Assembly: GCA_963723785.1 (NCBI GenBank)
Contig: CAVRSB010000019.1
Location: 8,459 to 72,458, forward strand
DNA from: an uncultured Actinomycetes bacterium
GTDB taxonomy: Bacteria > Actinomycetota > Thermoleophilia > Gaiellales > JAICJC01
Reading direction: 5' to 3'
DNA length: 64,000 bases
Shown: positions 9,456 through 20,812 of the stretch, one piece after another
Position numbering within the stretch: position 1 is the first letter of the stretch
How the letters are laid out: every line of letters begins with the position of its first letter
Made by a program: the position numbers and the translations under genes
The notes under the pieces: model-generated
Database searches by the model: none
What the model saw: only the letters and a program-made list of their open reading frames with translations
Told to the model about the DNA's origin: nothing

Positions 9456-11511
9456 CTAGCCCTCGCCGCCCACCGCGGTCGGCGACGAGGGTGCAGCCTG
9501 CACCCGGCGCAGCTCCTCGAGTGGGATGTGACAGCGGATGGCGTGACCGGGCTCAGCCTCGGCCAACGGCGGCTCGGTGGTCTCGCAGATGTCACCGATC
9601 TTGCGCGGACAGCGAGTGTGGAACACGCATCCCGTCGGTGGGTCGGCGGGACTGGGCAGCTCCCCTTCCAACCGGATCCGATCCCCTTCGCTGCCGTCCA
9701 GGCTGGGTACAGCCGAAAGCAACGCTTCGGTGTAGGGATGGTGCGGCGCGGAGAACACCGCGTGGGCGTCGCCGAGCTCCATCACCCGTCCCAGATAGAG
9801 CACGCAGATCCGGTCGGACAGGTACCGCACCACGCCGAGGTCGTGGCTGATGAAGAGATAGGCCACGCCCTCCTTGCGCTGCAGCTCGTACAGCAGGTTC
9901 AGGATCGCAGCCTGCACCGACACGTCCAGCGCCGAGGTGGGCTCGTCGCACACCACCAGATTGGGATTCCCCGCGAACGCGCGTGCGATCGCCACCCGCT
10001 GCTTGAGCCCGCCAGACAGCTGCACCGGCCGCATGCCGAGGTATCGATCGGCCAACCGCACCGACCTGGTGAGCTCCACCAACCGGTCATCGCGGGCCTT
10101 GCCCCGCAGCCCGGCCAGCTTGGACAGCGACCGGCCCACCAGCCGGCGGACCGTGTGCCGCCGGTTCAGCGCAGAGTCGGGGTTTTGAAAGACGATCTGG
10201 ACCGCCTTGACCTGGTCGCTGGAACGCTTCTTGGTGGTGCCGGCAAGCGGCGCACCGGACAGCTCGAGGGTCGTACCCGAGTCCGGCTGGAGGATCCCCA
10301 GGAGTACCTTGGCCAGCGTCGTCTTGCCGCTGCCCGACTCACCCACCAGCCCCAGCGTCTCACCTGCGCGGATGCTCATGTCTACGCCGGCGAGGGCGTG
10401 GATGTCGGTGCCCGACACCCGGAACGTCTTGCTCAGATCCTTGGCGCTGAGCAGTGGCTCGAATGTGCGCTGGGCGACCGCGGTCAGGTCGCCACCTTCG
10501 ACATGCGGCAGCCTCGGTGCCTGCTCGTGGAAGTGGCAGCGGGACCCGCGCAGCGCGGTGACCGGGTACATCGGAGGCGGCTCGGTGCGGCAGCGATCCT
10601 CCACCAGCCCACAGCGGTCGGCGAAGATGCAGCCGGGGATGTCGGCTCCGGGTGAGGGCAGGAACCCGGGGATGGTGTCCAGCCAGCCCTCGTCCTTCAA
10701 TCGCCCCCGGCGGGGGATGCAGCGCAGGAGTCCAACCGTGTAGGGATGGCGGGGCTCTTCGAACACCTCGATCGCCGGCCCCTGCTCGACCATCTCGCCG
10801 GCATACAGCACGCCGACCCGGTCGCACATCTTGGCGATCACGCCCAGGTTGTGGCTGATGAAAAGCAACGACGTCGAGAGCTCCTCGCGGAGCGCCGAGA
10901 CGAGGTCCAGCACCTCGGCTTCGACGGTGGCGTCCAGGCCGGTGGTGGGCTCGTCCAGGATCAGCAGGGCCGGCTCGACCGCCAGCGCCATCGCGATCAC
11001 CACCCGCTGCTGCATGCCGCCGGAGAGCTGGTGCGGGTAGCGATCCATGACATTGCCCGGATCGGAGATACGCACCCGCTTGAGCGCGTCCTCAGCCCGC
11101 TCCTTGGCCTCCTTGGAGCCGGTCCCGCTGACCTCGAACACCTCGGCCACCTGCCGACCGATCCGCATTGAGGGGTTGAGTGCACGGGATGGATCCTGGT
11201 ACACCATCGACACGCTGTTCGAGCGCATCTGGCGCAGCTCGGAATCGCTCAGGTCGTAGGGATTGCGCCCGTCGATCAGGATCGAACCGCTGGTGACGCT
11301 GCCGTTTCGCGGCAGGTAGCGCACCAGCGCGAGTGCGACCGTCGATTTACCGCATCCGGATTCGCCCACCAGGCCGAACGATTCGCCTCTGCCGACTTCG
11401 AACGAGACTACCGCGAATTGCTGCCCGATCGCTGCCGCGGACGCGATAGGCGATCTCGAGCTGATCGACCGCCAATGCAGCGTTCTCGACTGGCAGCTCG
11501 GCTGCGCTCAT
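9456..11511 (-). CDS. Peptide/nickel-family ABC transporter ATP-binding protein with two fused ATPase domains (frameshift near 11410)
   Basis: Two Walker A motifs (GESGCGKS, GESGSGKT), two LSGG signatures, two DEPT, two HPYT oligopeptide C-terminal domains; N-terminus MSAAELP is in another frame. Confidence 0.93.
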
Positions 11512-12395
11512 TCGTCCACCACCTTCTCGATCGCGTCGGAGATGAGGTTGACCGAGATCACCAGCGACGCAATGGCGGCGGCCGCGAACAGCACCTCCCA
11601 CCAGTATCCGGCCTGCACGACGGAGATGTTGTTGGAGATGTCAACTCCCCAGTCCGGGGTCGGCGGCGGAATGCCGAATCCCAGAAACGAGAGTGTCGCC
11701 ACCGTGAATACCGCATATCCCAGCCGCACGGTGAACTCCACCAGCACGGGTGAGAGCACGTTGGGCAGCAGCTCGGAGATCATGATGTAGAAGCCGTTCT
11801 CGTTACGCAGCCGAGCGGCCGTGATGTAGTCCAGCTCGCGCTCCTGGATCACCGCCGTGCGCACCGTGCGCGCGATCAGGGGCGCGAAGATGAAGCCGAT
11901 GCAGATGGTGACGGTGATGTTGGACGGCCCCAGCGCAGAGATCACGACCACGGCGGTGATGACCAGCGGGAGCGCCAGCAACGCGTCCACGAACCGGCTG
12001 ATGCCCTCGTCCACCCATCCCCGCATGTAGCCGGTGATCAGTCCGATCAGCGTCCCCAGGATCGTGCCAAGCACGGTCGCGACGAAGGCCACGATCAACA
12101 CCGCGCGGACGCCCGTGATCGTCCGCGAGAAGATGTCGCGGCCGATCTGGTCGGTGCCGAACCAGTGGCTGCTCGACGGGCCGGCGTCGGTGTGCAGCAA
12201 GTCCGTTTCGAACGGTGTGTAGGGGACGATCCGATAGCCGATCACGGCGCACACGATCCAGAACCCCAGGATCGACGCGCCGATCAGGAAGGTCTTGGAC
12301 TTACGCAGTTCGCGCAGCTGCTCACGGCGCACCTGTTTGGCATCCGAGTCGGCGGCACCGGCGACGGCAGGCTCGTCGGCGCTGACCGCGCTCAC
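11508..12395 (-). CDS. ABC transporter permease (DppC/OppC-like)
   Basis: HWFGTDQIGRDIFSR, EAA-like loop DYITAAR, PPPTPDWG. Confidence 0.93.
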   Translation of the reverse strand: MSAVSADEPAVAGAADSDAKQVRREQLRELRKSKTFLIGASILGFWIVCAVIGYRIVPYTPFETDLLHTDAGPSSSHWFGTDQIGRDIFSRTITGVRAVLIVAFVATVLGTILGTLIGLITGYMRGWVDEGISRFVDALLALPLVITAVVVISALGPSNITVTICIGFIFAPLIARTVRTAVIQERELDYITAARLRNENGFYIMISELLPNVLSPVLVEFTVRLGYAVFTVATLSFLGFGIPPPTPDWGVDISNNISVVQAGYWWEVLFAAAAIASLVISVNLISDAIEKVVDE

Positions 12396-13345
12396 TTGTC
12401 ACCCCCGGCTCGCAGCCGCGGGTTCAGCAGCGTGTAGGCGATGTCGGCGCACAGCGTTCCGATCAGGTAGACGACGCCGATAGTGAGTACCGCCGCCTCG
12501 AGCATCGGGAAGTCGTGGTCGTGGGCGGCCTTGTACGTGAGTGAGCCGATGCCCTGATAGTGGAACAGGTATTCGACCACCAGCAGACCGCCGATCAGGT
12601 AGCCGACCTGGGTCGCGACCACAGTGATCGTGGGCAGAAGCGCGTTGCGAAGCACGTGCCTGCGTACCACAGTCTTGGTCGGCAGGCCTTTCAGCACCGC
12701 CGTGCGGGTGTAGTCGGAAGCGAGCGCCTCGATCGTTCCCGCCCGCGCCATCCGCATGATGTAGCCGAACAGCACGCACGCGATCGCGATCGCCGGCAGG
12801 ATCAGGTGGAAGATCTGGGTGAACGGGCCGGCGCCGTCAGGCGCGGTGGCGCTCACCGGCAGCACGTTCAGCCAGATGCCAAAGATCATGATCAGAAACA
12901 CTCCCGAGACGAACTCGGGCAAGCCCAGCAGTGACAGGCCGAACACGCTGATCGACCGATCCGCCCACCCACCCGACTTGAGCGCCGCGATCACCCCCGA
13001 AAGGATCGCCAGGGGGACGCAGATCAAAAACGCCACCAGCGCGAGCTTGAGCGAGTTTACGAGGGCGGTGGTGATCAACGGCCTGATCGGCTCGTGGTAG
13101 GAGTACGACGTGCCCATGTCGCCGTGGAGCAGGTTGGTGACCCAGTCGGTGTACTGCGTCACGATCGGGCGATCGACGCCCAGCTGGTGGTTGAGTTGGG
13201 CGACGCCCTGCGGCGATGCGAGATTTCCCAGGATTACCCGACCGGGATTTCCAGGCAGCTTCTGCCCGGCCAGAAACACGATCATCGACAGAATCCAGAG
13301 CGTGATCAGGGCCAGGCCCAAGCGCTTGAGGATGTAGACCGCCAT
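12392..13345 (-). CDS. ABC transporter permease (DppB/OppB-like)
   Basis: YILKRL, LPGNPG, GDMGTS, DYTRTAVLKGL, HVLRNALLP, D.PML, LNPRLR. Confidence 0.93.
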   Translation of the reverse strand: MAVYILKRLGLALITLWILSMIVFLAGQKLPGNPGRVILGNLASPQGVAQLNHQLGVDRPIVTQYTDWVTNLLHGDMGTSYSYHEPIRPLITTALVNSLKLALVAFLICVPLAILSGVIAALKSGGWADRSISVFGLSLLGLPEFVSGVFLIMIFGIWLNVLPVSATAPDGAGPFTQIFHLILPAIAIACVLFGYIMRMARAGTIEALASDYTRTAVLKGLPTKTVVRRHVLRNALLPTITVVATQVGYLIGGLLVVEYLFHYQGIGSLTYKAAHDHDFPMLEAAVLTIGVVYLIGTLCADIAYTLLNPRLRAGGDK

Positions 13346-13363
13346 CTCGTCCTCCGAGATCGA

Positions 13364-13390
13364 GCCGGTGGCGGGCGGGCCGCCACCGGC
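13364..13390 (-). other. Intergenic stem-loop between the substrate-binding protein and permease genes
   Basis: GCCGGTGGCGG (13364-13374) pairs with CCGCCACCGGC (13380-13390): 11-bp stem, no U tract; typical of an mRNA-stabilising hairpin. Confidence 0.65.
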
Positions 13391-13402
13391 ACGTCATGAT
13401 GC

Positions 13403-15100
13403 TTACGTTGCGGCGGGGCCCGCGCCGTTGAGGAAGATCTGCCCCATGCCGGTGGTGACGACTCCCCCAATGGCTGCCTTGGACACGCTGATCGCGTCGA
13501 ACCAGTAAGGCAGAATCAGCGGGGTCTCCTCCAGCAGCAGGGTTTGGATCTGCCCGGCCAGCGTGCGCTGAGTCGAGAGATCGAGTGCAGCCACGTACTG
13601 GTTGACGAGCTTGTCGTATTGAGAGTTCTTGAAGTGGGCCGCATTCCAGGTGCCGTCCGACTTGAGCGGCGCGTTCAAGAACACGTTGGGGACGCCTCGG
13701 TGTCCGTAGTCGACCAGGCTCATCGCTCCGTCCAGCCAGTCGGACTTCCCATACACGCTGTCGCCGTAGTAGTGGGTCTGATCCTCGATATGGAGGTTGA
13801 TGGTGATGTTGATCGCCGCTGCGGCCTCCTTGATGATCTGGGCCAGGTCGGGGATCTCCTGGTAGATCTCGGCGTACAGGTCGGTCGTGAACCCGTTGGG
13901 ATAGCCGGCGTCAGACAAAAGCTGCTTGGCCTTTTCGAGGTCCTGCACCCGCTGGGGCACGTTCGGGTCGGTCGAGCGGAAGATCGGCGCGAACGGGTTG
14001 TCATTTCCAAGCTGCGCGTAGCCCTTGAACAGTGCCTGTGAGATCTCCGGCCGGTTCAGCGACAGTGCCATCGCTACCCGCACGTTCTTGTCGTTCCACG
14101 GCTTCTGATCGTTGCGCATCGACAGCTCGCGGTGCTGCGAGGACTTGGTCACCCACAGCTTGTAGTCGGGGCTGTTGAGTACCGCCTCGGCACCCTGAGG
14201 CACGATCAGGTTGACGATATCGACGTCGCCGCCGGACAGCGCCAGGATCTGCGGCTGCTGCTTGTCGTAGAAGATGTGTTGCAGCTTGGCCGGCAGCACC
14301 TTGCCGCCCCACCAATTCGGGTTGGGGGCAAACGTCGCTCCCTGGCCGGTCTGGTAGGAGGTCATCTTGAACGGTCCGGTTCCGGGGAAGGTCTTGACCC
14401 ACTTGGTGTAGTCGGACCCGTTGGGCACGATGATCATGTTGTAGTTGTCGGACGAGATCAGGTAGGGGAAGTTCCCGACAGGCCCCTCGAGGTTGAACTC
14501 CACGGTCTGATCGTCGATCTTCTTGACGCCGTCCTTGACGAGCACGTTGGTGAAGGCCGACGCGGCGTTCACATACACGTCCGGGTCGGTGTTCGATTGG
14601 AACGAGTAGACGACGTCATCGGCGGTCATCGGCGTGCCGTCGTTGAAGGTCACGCCCGGGCGGAGGTTGTACGTCCACACCGACGCATCGGCGTTGGGCT
14701 TGAAGCTGGTGGCCAGCATCGGCTTGAGGATGTTGGTTTTGGGATCGTTGAAGCTGAGGAACTCGCCGGTCTGCTGGATCATCGTCAGACCGCCCTCGTC
14801 GGCGATGCTGAGCGGGTTGATGTCGCCGGCCGGGACGACACCCGCGATCCGCAGCGTCGCGCCGGCGGCGGGTTTGACCGCGGCGGCGGAGCTGGAGGGT
14901 GCGGTGGAACCGCTGGAGTTGGCGCCGCCGCAAGCGGTCACGATCGCTCCCAGAAGCGGGATCGAGATGCCGATGATCGACCCTCGCTTGAGGAACTCGC
15001 GGCGGTTGATGTGGCCGGCCACGTACTCGTCGATTACGTGGTTTTCGAGTTCGCTTCGGTTCTGGCGCAACTCGTCGAGCTTTTGGGGGTTCCGCTCCAT
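13403..15100 (-). CDS. ABC transporter substrate-binding protein, family 5, Tat lipoprotein
   Basis: Twin-arginine INRREFLK, lipobox VTAC, LRPGVTFNDGTPMTADDVVYS, GTGPF. Confidence 0.93.
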   Translation of the reverse strand: MERNPQKLDELRQNRSELENHVIDEYVAGHINRREFLKRGSIIGISIPLLGAIVTACGGANSSGSTAPSSSAAAVKPAAGATLRIAGVVPAGDINPLSIADEGGLTMIQQTGEFLSFNDPKTNILKPMLATSFKPNADASVWTYNLRPGVTFNDGTPMTADDVVYSFQSNTDPDVYVNAASAFTNVLVKDGVKKIDDQTVEFNLEGPVGNFPYLISSDNYNMIIVPNGSDYTKWVKTFPGTGPFKMTSYQTGQGATFAPNPNWWGGKVLPAKLQHIFYDKQQPQILALSGGDVDIVNLIVPQGAEAVLNSPDYKLWVTKSSQHRELSMRNDQKPWNDKNVRVAMALSLNRPEISQALFKGYAQLGNDNPFAPIFRSTDPNVPQRVQDLEKAKQLLSDAGYPNGFTTDLYAEIYQEIPDLAQIIKEAAAAINITINLHIEDQTHYYGDSVYGKSDWLDGAMSLVDYGHRGVPNVFLNAPLKSDGTWNAAHFKNSQYDKLVNQYVAALDLSTQRTLAGQIQTLLLEETPLILPYWFDAISVSKAAIGGVVTTGMGQIFLNGAGPAAT

Positions 15101-15243
15101 GGTCACCTGCTTCTTTTGGGGACGACGCGGGTCAATGTACGGTCGCGATCGTCTCGTCGACTACAGCCCACATCCGAAATCTCTTTCATACTGCCGAACT
15201 CGTGTCAAGGGTTGAATCTCGCACGCTGGCAACGCTGGACGTG

Positions 15244-16345
15244 CTAGCCGAGTTCGATCAGCGTGCGAGCGCCGTGGCCGGCCAGCATATCGCCAAACGC
15301 CTCGTTGATCCGTCGCAGCGGGTAGGTCGATCCCTTGAGACGGTCGAGATCGAGTCGCCCATCCATGTACAGGTCGAGCACCATCGGCATGTCCAGGTGG
15401 GGCCGGCACGAGCCGTACAGGCTCCCGGTCACGATCTTTTCGTCGCGAACCAGCTCGGCCCCGGGAAGCTCCACGATTGCTCCCAGCGGCGGGATACCGA
15501 TGCACACCAGCGTGCCACCCCGGCAGACAGCGTGCCAGGCGGTTGCGGCCACTCCCCGCGCCCCTGAGGCTTCGAAACCGTAGTTCGGCGCCCCTGCCTG
15601 CGGTCAGGTCACGCACGGCCTCCACCGGGTCGCAGTCGGTGGGGTCGAGCGCGTGTGTGGCTCCCAGATCGATCGCGAGCCGGCGGCGCTCCTCGGCCGG
15701 ATCGACGGCGATCACGATGGAAGCCCCGACGAGCCCGCAGGCTTGAATCGCAGACAGGCCCACGCCGCCTGCCCCGAACACCACCACCGAACTCCCTGTG
15801 CGCACCATCGCGCGGTTGAGCACCGCGCCGATCCCGGTCATGACCGCGCAGCCCACCAGGGCTGCGATATCGAACGGCGCGTCGGGCCGGATCGGGACGC
15901 AGCTTGCCTCGGGTACCACGGTGGACTCGGCGAACGTCGAGAGAAAGGAGTAGTGGTGGATCGGCTTGCCGTCCAGCGACAGCCGGGTGGTGCCGTCCAG
16001 CAGCGTCCCGGCCAGCAGCGCAGGCGATGCGCTCTCGCACAGGCTCGGCCGGCCGCCCACGCACGGTCCGCAGCGGCCGCAGGCGGGCAGCCACGAGAGC
16101 ACCACGTGATCACCCGGAGCGACCGTGGTGACGCCTTCTCCGACGCTCTCCACCACGCCCGCGCCTTCGTGGCCGAGCACGGCCGGCAGCGGGCTGGGCG
16201 TATCGCCGGTGACCGTATTCCAGTCGCTGTGGCAAACGCCGCTGCGGTGCAGCCGCACACACACCTCGCCGGGTGCGGGCGGGGCGAGGTCGACCTCGAC
16301 CACGTCAAAACCTGAGTTCGGCTCTCGCAATACCGCCGCTAGCAT
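15244..16345 (-). CDS. Second Zn-dependent alcohol dehydrogenase, class III-like (frameshift near 15580)
   Basis: GVCHSD, GHEGAG, CGRCGPC...C, GCAVMTGIGA, GAGGVG; C-terminus TGSLYGS...INEAF in ORF 15244..15552. Confidence 0.9.
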
Positions 16346-16356
16346 CGGGCGGGAGA

Positions 16357-16888
16357 CTAGCGGCCGGCGCCGAGCTCTTCCACATAGGTGGCCGATCGCC
16401 GCGCCAGCGCCCCGTCCTCGGCCACTTCGTAGTAGCCCATCCGCCACAGCGGCGGCGAGTAGAGATGCAGCGACGTGGCTGCCTCGGCCCCGGCATGGCG
16501 GACGTTGTGGATGCGTGACGCATCAAAACGGAAGCCCTGCGCCGGCCCGGTACTCGGTCACGGCCAAATCGGGCTGCCCGATCACCAGTCGCTCTTCGGC
16601 GATCCTGCCCCGCACCACCCGCACCGCTCCCGACGAGAGATCGTGGTCGTGCAGGCCGGTGTCCTGGGACGGCATCCAGCAGATCAGCCACGCCTCCAGG
16701 TGATGATCGCGGCGCAGCCGCACGTAGTGGCGCTCGTCGGCGCGTGTGCTGTCTCCAGGTCGCGCCACAGCTCGGGGCGTGCGGCCAGCGCATCGGCCAG
16801 CGCCTCGAGCTCGTCGTGGCTCGAGATCGCGATCGGCGGTCTCGCGCTCGGCCAGCCAGTGATCGATGCCGGCGCTGGGCTCAGTCAT
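16357..16888 (-). CDS. Cysteine/thiol dioxygenase family cupin (frameshifted)
   Basis: Across frames: EAWLICWMPSQDTGLHDH...RIHNV...TSLHLYSPPL (3-His triad plus S-H-Y motif); stop at 16357. Confidence 0.82.
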
Positions 16889-17852
16889 CGGGCACCTCCG
16901 TTGGGGTTGAGCAGCACGGGCGGGGTTCTGCTCGAGGATCAGATCGGCCGCGCCCGAGCCGAGTGCCTCCACCGCCCTGCGGGTCGGCTCCCATGCGATC
17001 ACCGGGTGATCGCTGCCATACACCACCTGTTCGGCGCCGTAGGTCGAGAGCGTGAGCTCGAGCGCCTCACGGCCCGAGCTGGCGGTGTCGAGAAACAGGT
17101 TGGGATCGATCGAGCCCTGCTCACCGCTGAAGACCCGCCAGCGGTGCTCCAGCAGCGGCGCGCCGCCGGCCAGGATCGCCCACACGGTACGCAGCTGCGG
17201 GTGGAGCCCGCGCCCCACCGCGCGCCAGGTGAAGAATGCGCGCTGCGACCAGGCCGGATACTGGCCCACGCGACGTCCACCACCCCGGGAGCGACGTCGG
17301 GGGCGGGCTGCTGGAGGCGTCCATGGTGCCGGCCCGGGATGGACGAAGCAGCGGCCGGTCGCGGCCCTCGCACCAGGTCGAGCAACGGGCTCCACCGGTC
17401 CGACCGCCTCGGGGGTGGCCAGTGTCTCCGACGGCACGGTCACTCCGGCGAAGCCGCGATCGAGCAGCGTCAGACGACCGGTGCGAGCGACGCCTCGATG
17501 TCGTCGAGCACGACTGCCGCCATCGCCTGCAGGCGGCCTCCCGGACTCGCCGCGCGACCTGCTCGATGCCGGTGTTGTAGGCGTCCACCAGCGGGTGGGC
17601 CTGCTCGGCGGGGAGCGCCTCGCAGCCCACCGGGGTGGAGATCGAGATCACCGCCGAGTCGATCTCCTGGCGATCGAGTTCGGTGATCCGCCGCTGCGGG
17701 GTCGTGGTTTCGCAGGTCGATGTGACAACTCGGGCTCCCATCCCAGTTCCAAGAACATCCGTCGGCCCGCGCCGCGCAGGCAGGGGGGCGCTGTGCGGCG
17801 TTGAGAGCGCCGAGATGAACGCTTCCGGCCACAGGTGCTGATGGATATCCAC
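16885..17852 (-). CDS. Amidohydrolase_2 family protein (multiple frameshifts)
   Basis: DIHQH, SISTPVG, FVHP, AILAGG, FLDTAS, VYGSDHP, ILEQN spread over three frames. Confidence 0.78.
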
Positions 17853-17880
17853 GCGCGGAATGTTGCGCCTCCGAGAGTCT

Positions 17881-17896
17881 TGTGAAACGATTCACA
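17881..17896. promoter_or_regulatory. LacI-type operator TGTGAAACGATTCACA
   Basis: Near-perfect palindrome with a central CG, matching the LacI/GalR pattern TGWAANCGNTTWCA, between the divergent regulator and amidohydrolase genes. Confidence 0.75.
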
Positions 17897-18863
17897 GATT
17901 GTGCCCGATACGTCCTCCAACGCAAGCGACCGACGCTCAAGGATCTCGCCCAGCTGACGGGGCTGTCTCCCGCCGGCGCCCACTACGCGCTGCGCGGCGA
18001 GCGGGTCTCGGCCGACACCGCCGATCGGGTGCGAGCCGAAGCCGATCGGATCGGGTTTCGACTGGATCCCGTGGCCCGGGCGCTGCGTGGCGGCTCCAGC
18101 GGGTTGGTGGGGGTCGTGGGCGGAAGCCTGCACGACTACTGGCACCAGCACTTTGTCTCGGAGCTCGGCCGGGAGCTCGGCGGCGACGGTCGCCAGATGG
18201 TGCTGGTGGACGCCGGCGGCAGCCATCACACCCAGATCGAGATCGCTGCCGATCTGCTCGACCACCGGGTCGACGGTCTGGTGGTGTTGCCGGTCGAGAC
18301 CCACTCGCGGCGACTGGCGCGACGTGGTTGGGCGGGTGCCCACCGTGGCCGTGGGCGCGTCGCTGCCCCACCCTGCGAGCACCGTGCGGTTTGGGGCTGC
18401 CGCGGGTATCCGGCTGATGCTGGAGCATCTCCGCGGGCTCGGCCACGAGCAGGTGCTGGTGTTGACGCCCGGCGTGCACACGCTGCCGGCGGTCGGAGTC
18501 GGTCACCTTCCTGGAGATGCGGCTTTTCGGCGGCCGACGCCGCCCGGGTGGCGACGCCAGGCGCTGTCCCAGAGCGCCACGCCGACCGCCGTTTTCGCCC
18601 TCACTGACACGATTGCGTGCGGGGTGTACGCCGCCTGCCGGGATCTGGGCTTGCGCGTGCCGGGCGACGTGAGTGTCGCCGGGTTTGACGACCATCCGCT
18701 CTCGGCACTGCTCAACCCCGCGCTGACGACCGTCGGCTGGGATACCCCCAGGGCGGCTGCGACGGCCGCGCGGATCCTCAATCGTGCGTTTGAGGGCGGT
18801 CGCCCGGCGTCGGTCGAGTTTCCGCCCACGCTGGTGGTTCGTGACTCCACCGGCCCGGCCTGA
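17882..18863 (+). CDS. LacI family transcriptional regulator (frameshifted; exact start uncertain)
   Basis: RPTLKDLAQLTGLS..., ARALRGG, VDGLVV; C-terminal PTAVFA, GLRVPGDVSVAGFDD, PALTTV, LVVRDST. Confidence 0.9.
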
Positions 18864-18875
18864 TACACCTTCGCG

Positions 18876-19405
18876 ATGCAGCTGGAATTCGTGCGCGGCG
18901 ACATCACCACCGAGCCGGTGGACGCCATCGTGAATGCCGCCAACTCGGCCCTGGCCGGTGGCGGCGGTGTCGACGGGGCGATCCAGCGGGCCGGCGGGCC
19001 CGAGATCCTGGCGGAGTGCCGGACGATCGGTGGTTGTCCCACCGGCGAGGCGGTGGCACACCGGCCGGGCGCGCTCCCCGCGCGGTACGTGATCCACGCG
19101 GTCGGCCCGGTGTGGCGGGGCGGCACAGTCGGGCGAGCCGGAGCTGCTGGCCTCGGCACACCGGCGGATCGATCGAGATCGCCGCGCGAGCTCGGGTGCC
19201 GATCGGTGGCCTTCCCTGCGATCTCCACCGGCATCTACGGCTATCCCGCGTGGCCCGGGCTGCTCCGGTCGCTGTGGCGGCGGCCTGGGCGGCGGCACAG
19301 CGCGCGCCGAGGCTCGAGCGCGTCCGGTTCGTGCTCTTCAGCGAAGCCGATCTCGGCCGCTACCGGGCGCCGCGGACACGCTGGGGGTGCGGCTCAACGC
19401 AGTAG
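18876..19405 (+). CDS. Macro domain protein (YmdB-like O-acetyl-ADP-ribose deacetylase; frameshifted 3' part)
   Basis: [48 protein letters not shown]. Confidence 0.9.
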
Positions 19406-20812
19406 CCGTCGCCGCTTGCGCGGCAGCGACAGCGTGAACGTCGATCCCTCGCCCGGCTCGCTGGTGACCGTCAGCCGGCCGCCCAGGGCCGAGGCCAGCT
19501 CGCGCGCGATCGAGAGCCCCAGGCCGGTGCCGCCCTCGCCCCGGCGGCTGTAGAACGGGTGGAACACCGCCTCGTGGTCGGCGGGTGCGATGCCGGGGCC
19601 GGTGTCGGTGACCGTGATCGCGGCCACGCCGCTGGAGGTGAGGCACGCCAGCTTGACCGTGCCGCCCCGAGGCGTCCAGCGAAACGCGTTGTCGAGCAGG
19701 TTGTTGACGATCTGGAGCACCCGGTCGCCGTCGGTGATGACGGTGGGAGCCGCGGCGGTGGTGGTGTCGAACTCGACCTCGTTGGCCCGGGAGATCTCGC
19801 GGAAGCCGGCGGCGGCCTGCTCCAGCAGCGCCTCCAGCCCGACCTCTTCCTGCACCACTCGGAACTGGTGGGCTTCCAGCCGGGTGAGGTCGAGCAGGTC
19901 GTTGACCAGCCGTTCCAGCCGCCGCACCTCCTCGTTGACTGCCGCCAGCGAGTCGTCCATGTCCTCGGGTTCCACCACTCCCTCGGAAACCGCCTGGACG
20001 TGGCCGGAGATCGCCGTCAGCGGCGTGCGCAGTTCGTGGGTCACGCGCATCAGGAAGTTCCGTTCCAGCTCGTCGATCTCACGCAGCCGGTCGACCATCC
20101 CCTGGAACCGTGTGGCCAGCGCCCCCAGCTCGTCGTCGGAGGTGTTCTCGGTAACGACGTTCACGTCCAGGTCGCCGCGGGCCACCCTGTCGGCCGCGGT
20201 GCCGATCACGGTCAGCGGGCGGGTGATCCGGCGCGACACGAAGGTGGCCAGCACGAAGGCCACCACCAGACCGATGATCGTCCCGATCGTGACCAGGCCG
20301 ATCACGTTCTTCCAGGCGTTGTTCACGTCGGTCAGGGGCTTTGCCAGCACGACGATGCCAAAGTTGCGGCCGTCGACGTACACCGGTGCCGCCACCCCGA
20401 TCAACCGTTGCTTCGAGTTCTCGGTGGTGAACTCCACAACCTTGCGCTGGTTCTTCAGCAGCGTGGTGACGATGGGCGGGGGGATCTCGCCCTTAGTTGG
20501 ATTCGGATCCAGCCCTTGGTCGTTGGCAAACATCGGCGGGCCGGCGTAGTAGAGGTGGGCAGCGGTCGCGTTCTCGAAGTCGCTGGGAGAGACCAGTACC
20601 AGGTGCGTGTTGCCCTTCGGGCCGTAGTACACGTTGATGGCGCGGTTGTAGTACTGGGCCACCCCGTTGACCTGCTGCTGCAGCGTGTTGACCGTCTGGT
20701 CGCGGCTGTAGGACTGGTACAGGCTGACGACGACCACGCCGGCCAGCACGGTGGCCAGCAGCAGCGTTCCCACAAAGAGAAATGCGAGTCGAGCTCTAAG
20801 TGACCGCAGCAT
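19394..20812 (-). CDS. Two-component sensor histidine kinase (HAMP-HisKA-HATPase)
   Basis: Two TM helices, HAMP DELGALA, H-box [11 protein letters not shown]-box [20 protein letters not shown]. Confidence 0.95.
   Translation of the reverse strand: MLRSLRARLAFLFVGTLLLATVLAGVVVVSLYQSYSRDQTVNTLQQQVNGVAQYYNRAINVYYGPKGNTHLVLVSPSDFENATAAHLYYAGPPMFANDQGLDPNPTKGEIPPPIVTTLLKNQRKVVEFTTENSKQRLIGVAAPVYVDGRNFGIVVLAKPLTDVNNAWKNVIGLVTIGTIIGLVVAFVLATFVSRRITRPLTVIGTAADRVARGDLDVNVVTENTSDDELGALATRFQGMVDRLREIDELERNFLMRVTHELRTPLTAISGHVQAVSEGVVEPEDMDDSLAAVNEEVRRLERLVNDLLDLTRLEAHQFRVVQEEVGLEALLEQAAAGFREISRANEVEFDTTTAAAPTVITDGDRVLQIVNNLLDNAFRWTPRGGTVKLACLTSSGVAAITVTDTGPGIAPADHEAVFHPFYSRRGEGGTGLGLSIARELASALGGRLTVTSEPGEGSTFTLSLPRKRRRLLR

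Noticed and set aside
15184-15208. TTGACA plus an imperfect palindrome (GTTCGGCAGTATGAAA) upstream of the substrate-binding protein gene
   Set aside because: No -10 at proper spacing and only weak symmetry; too little support to call a promoter or operator.
16523-17443. Apparent amidohydrolase-dioxygenase fusion
   Set aside because: Several indels; the correct frames show an ATGA stop/start overlap at 16885-16888.
18876-19405. Macro domain as part of an ADP-ribosylation toxin-antitoxin or defence system
   Set aside because: Stand-alone YmdB-like sequence with no ADP-ribosyltransferase or sirtuin neighbour.
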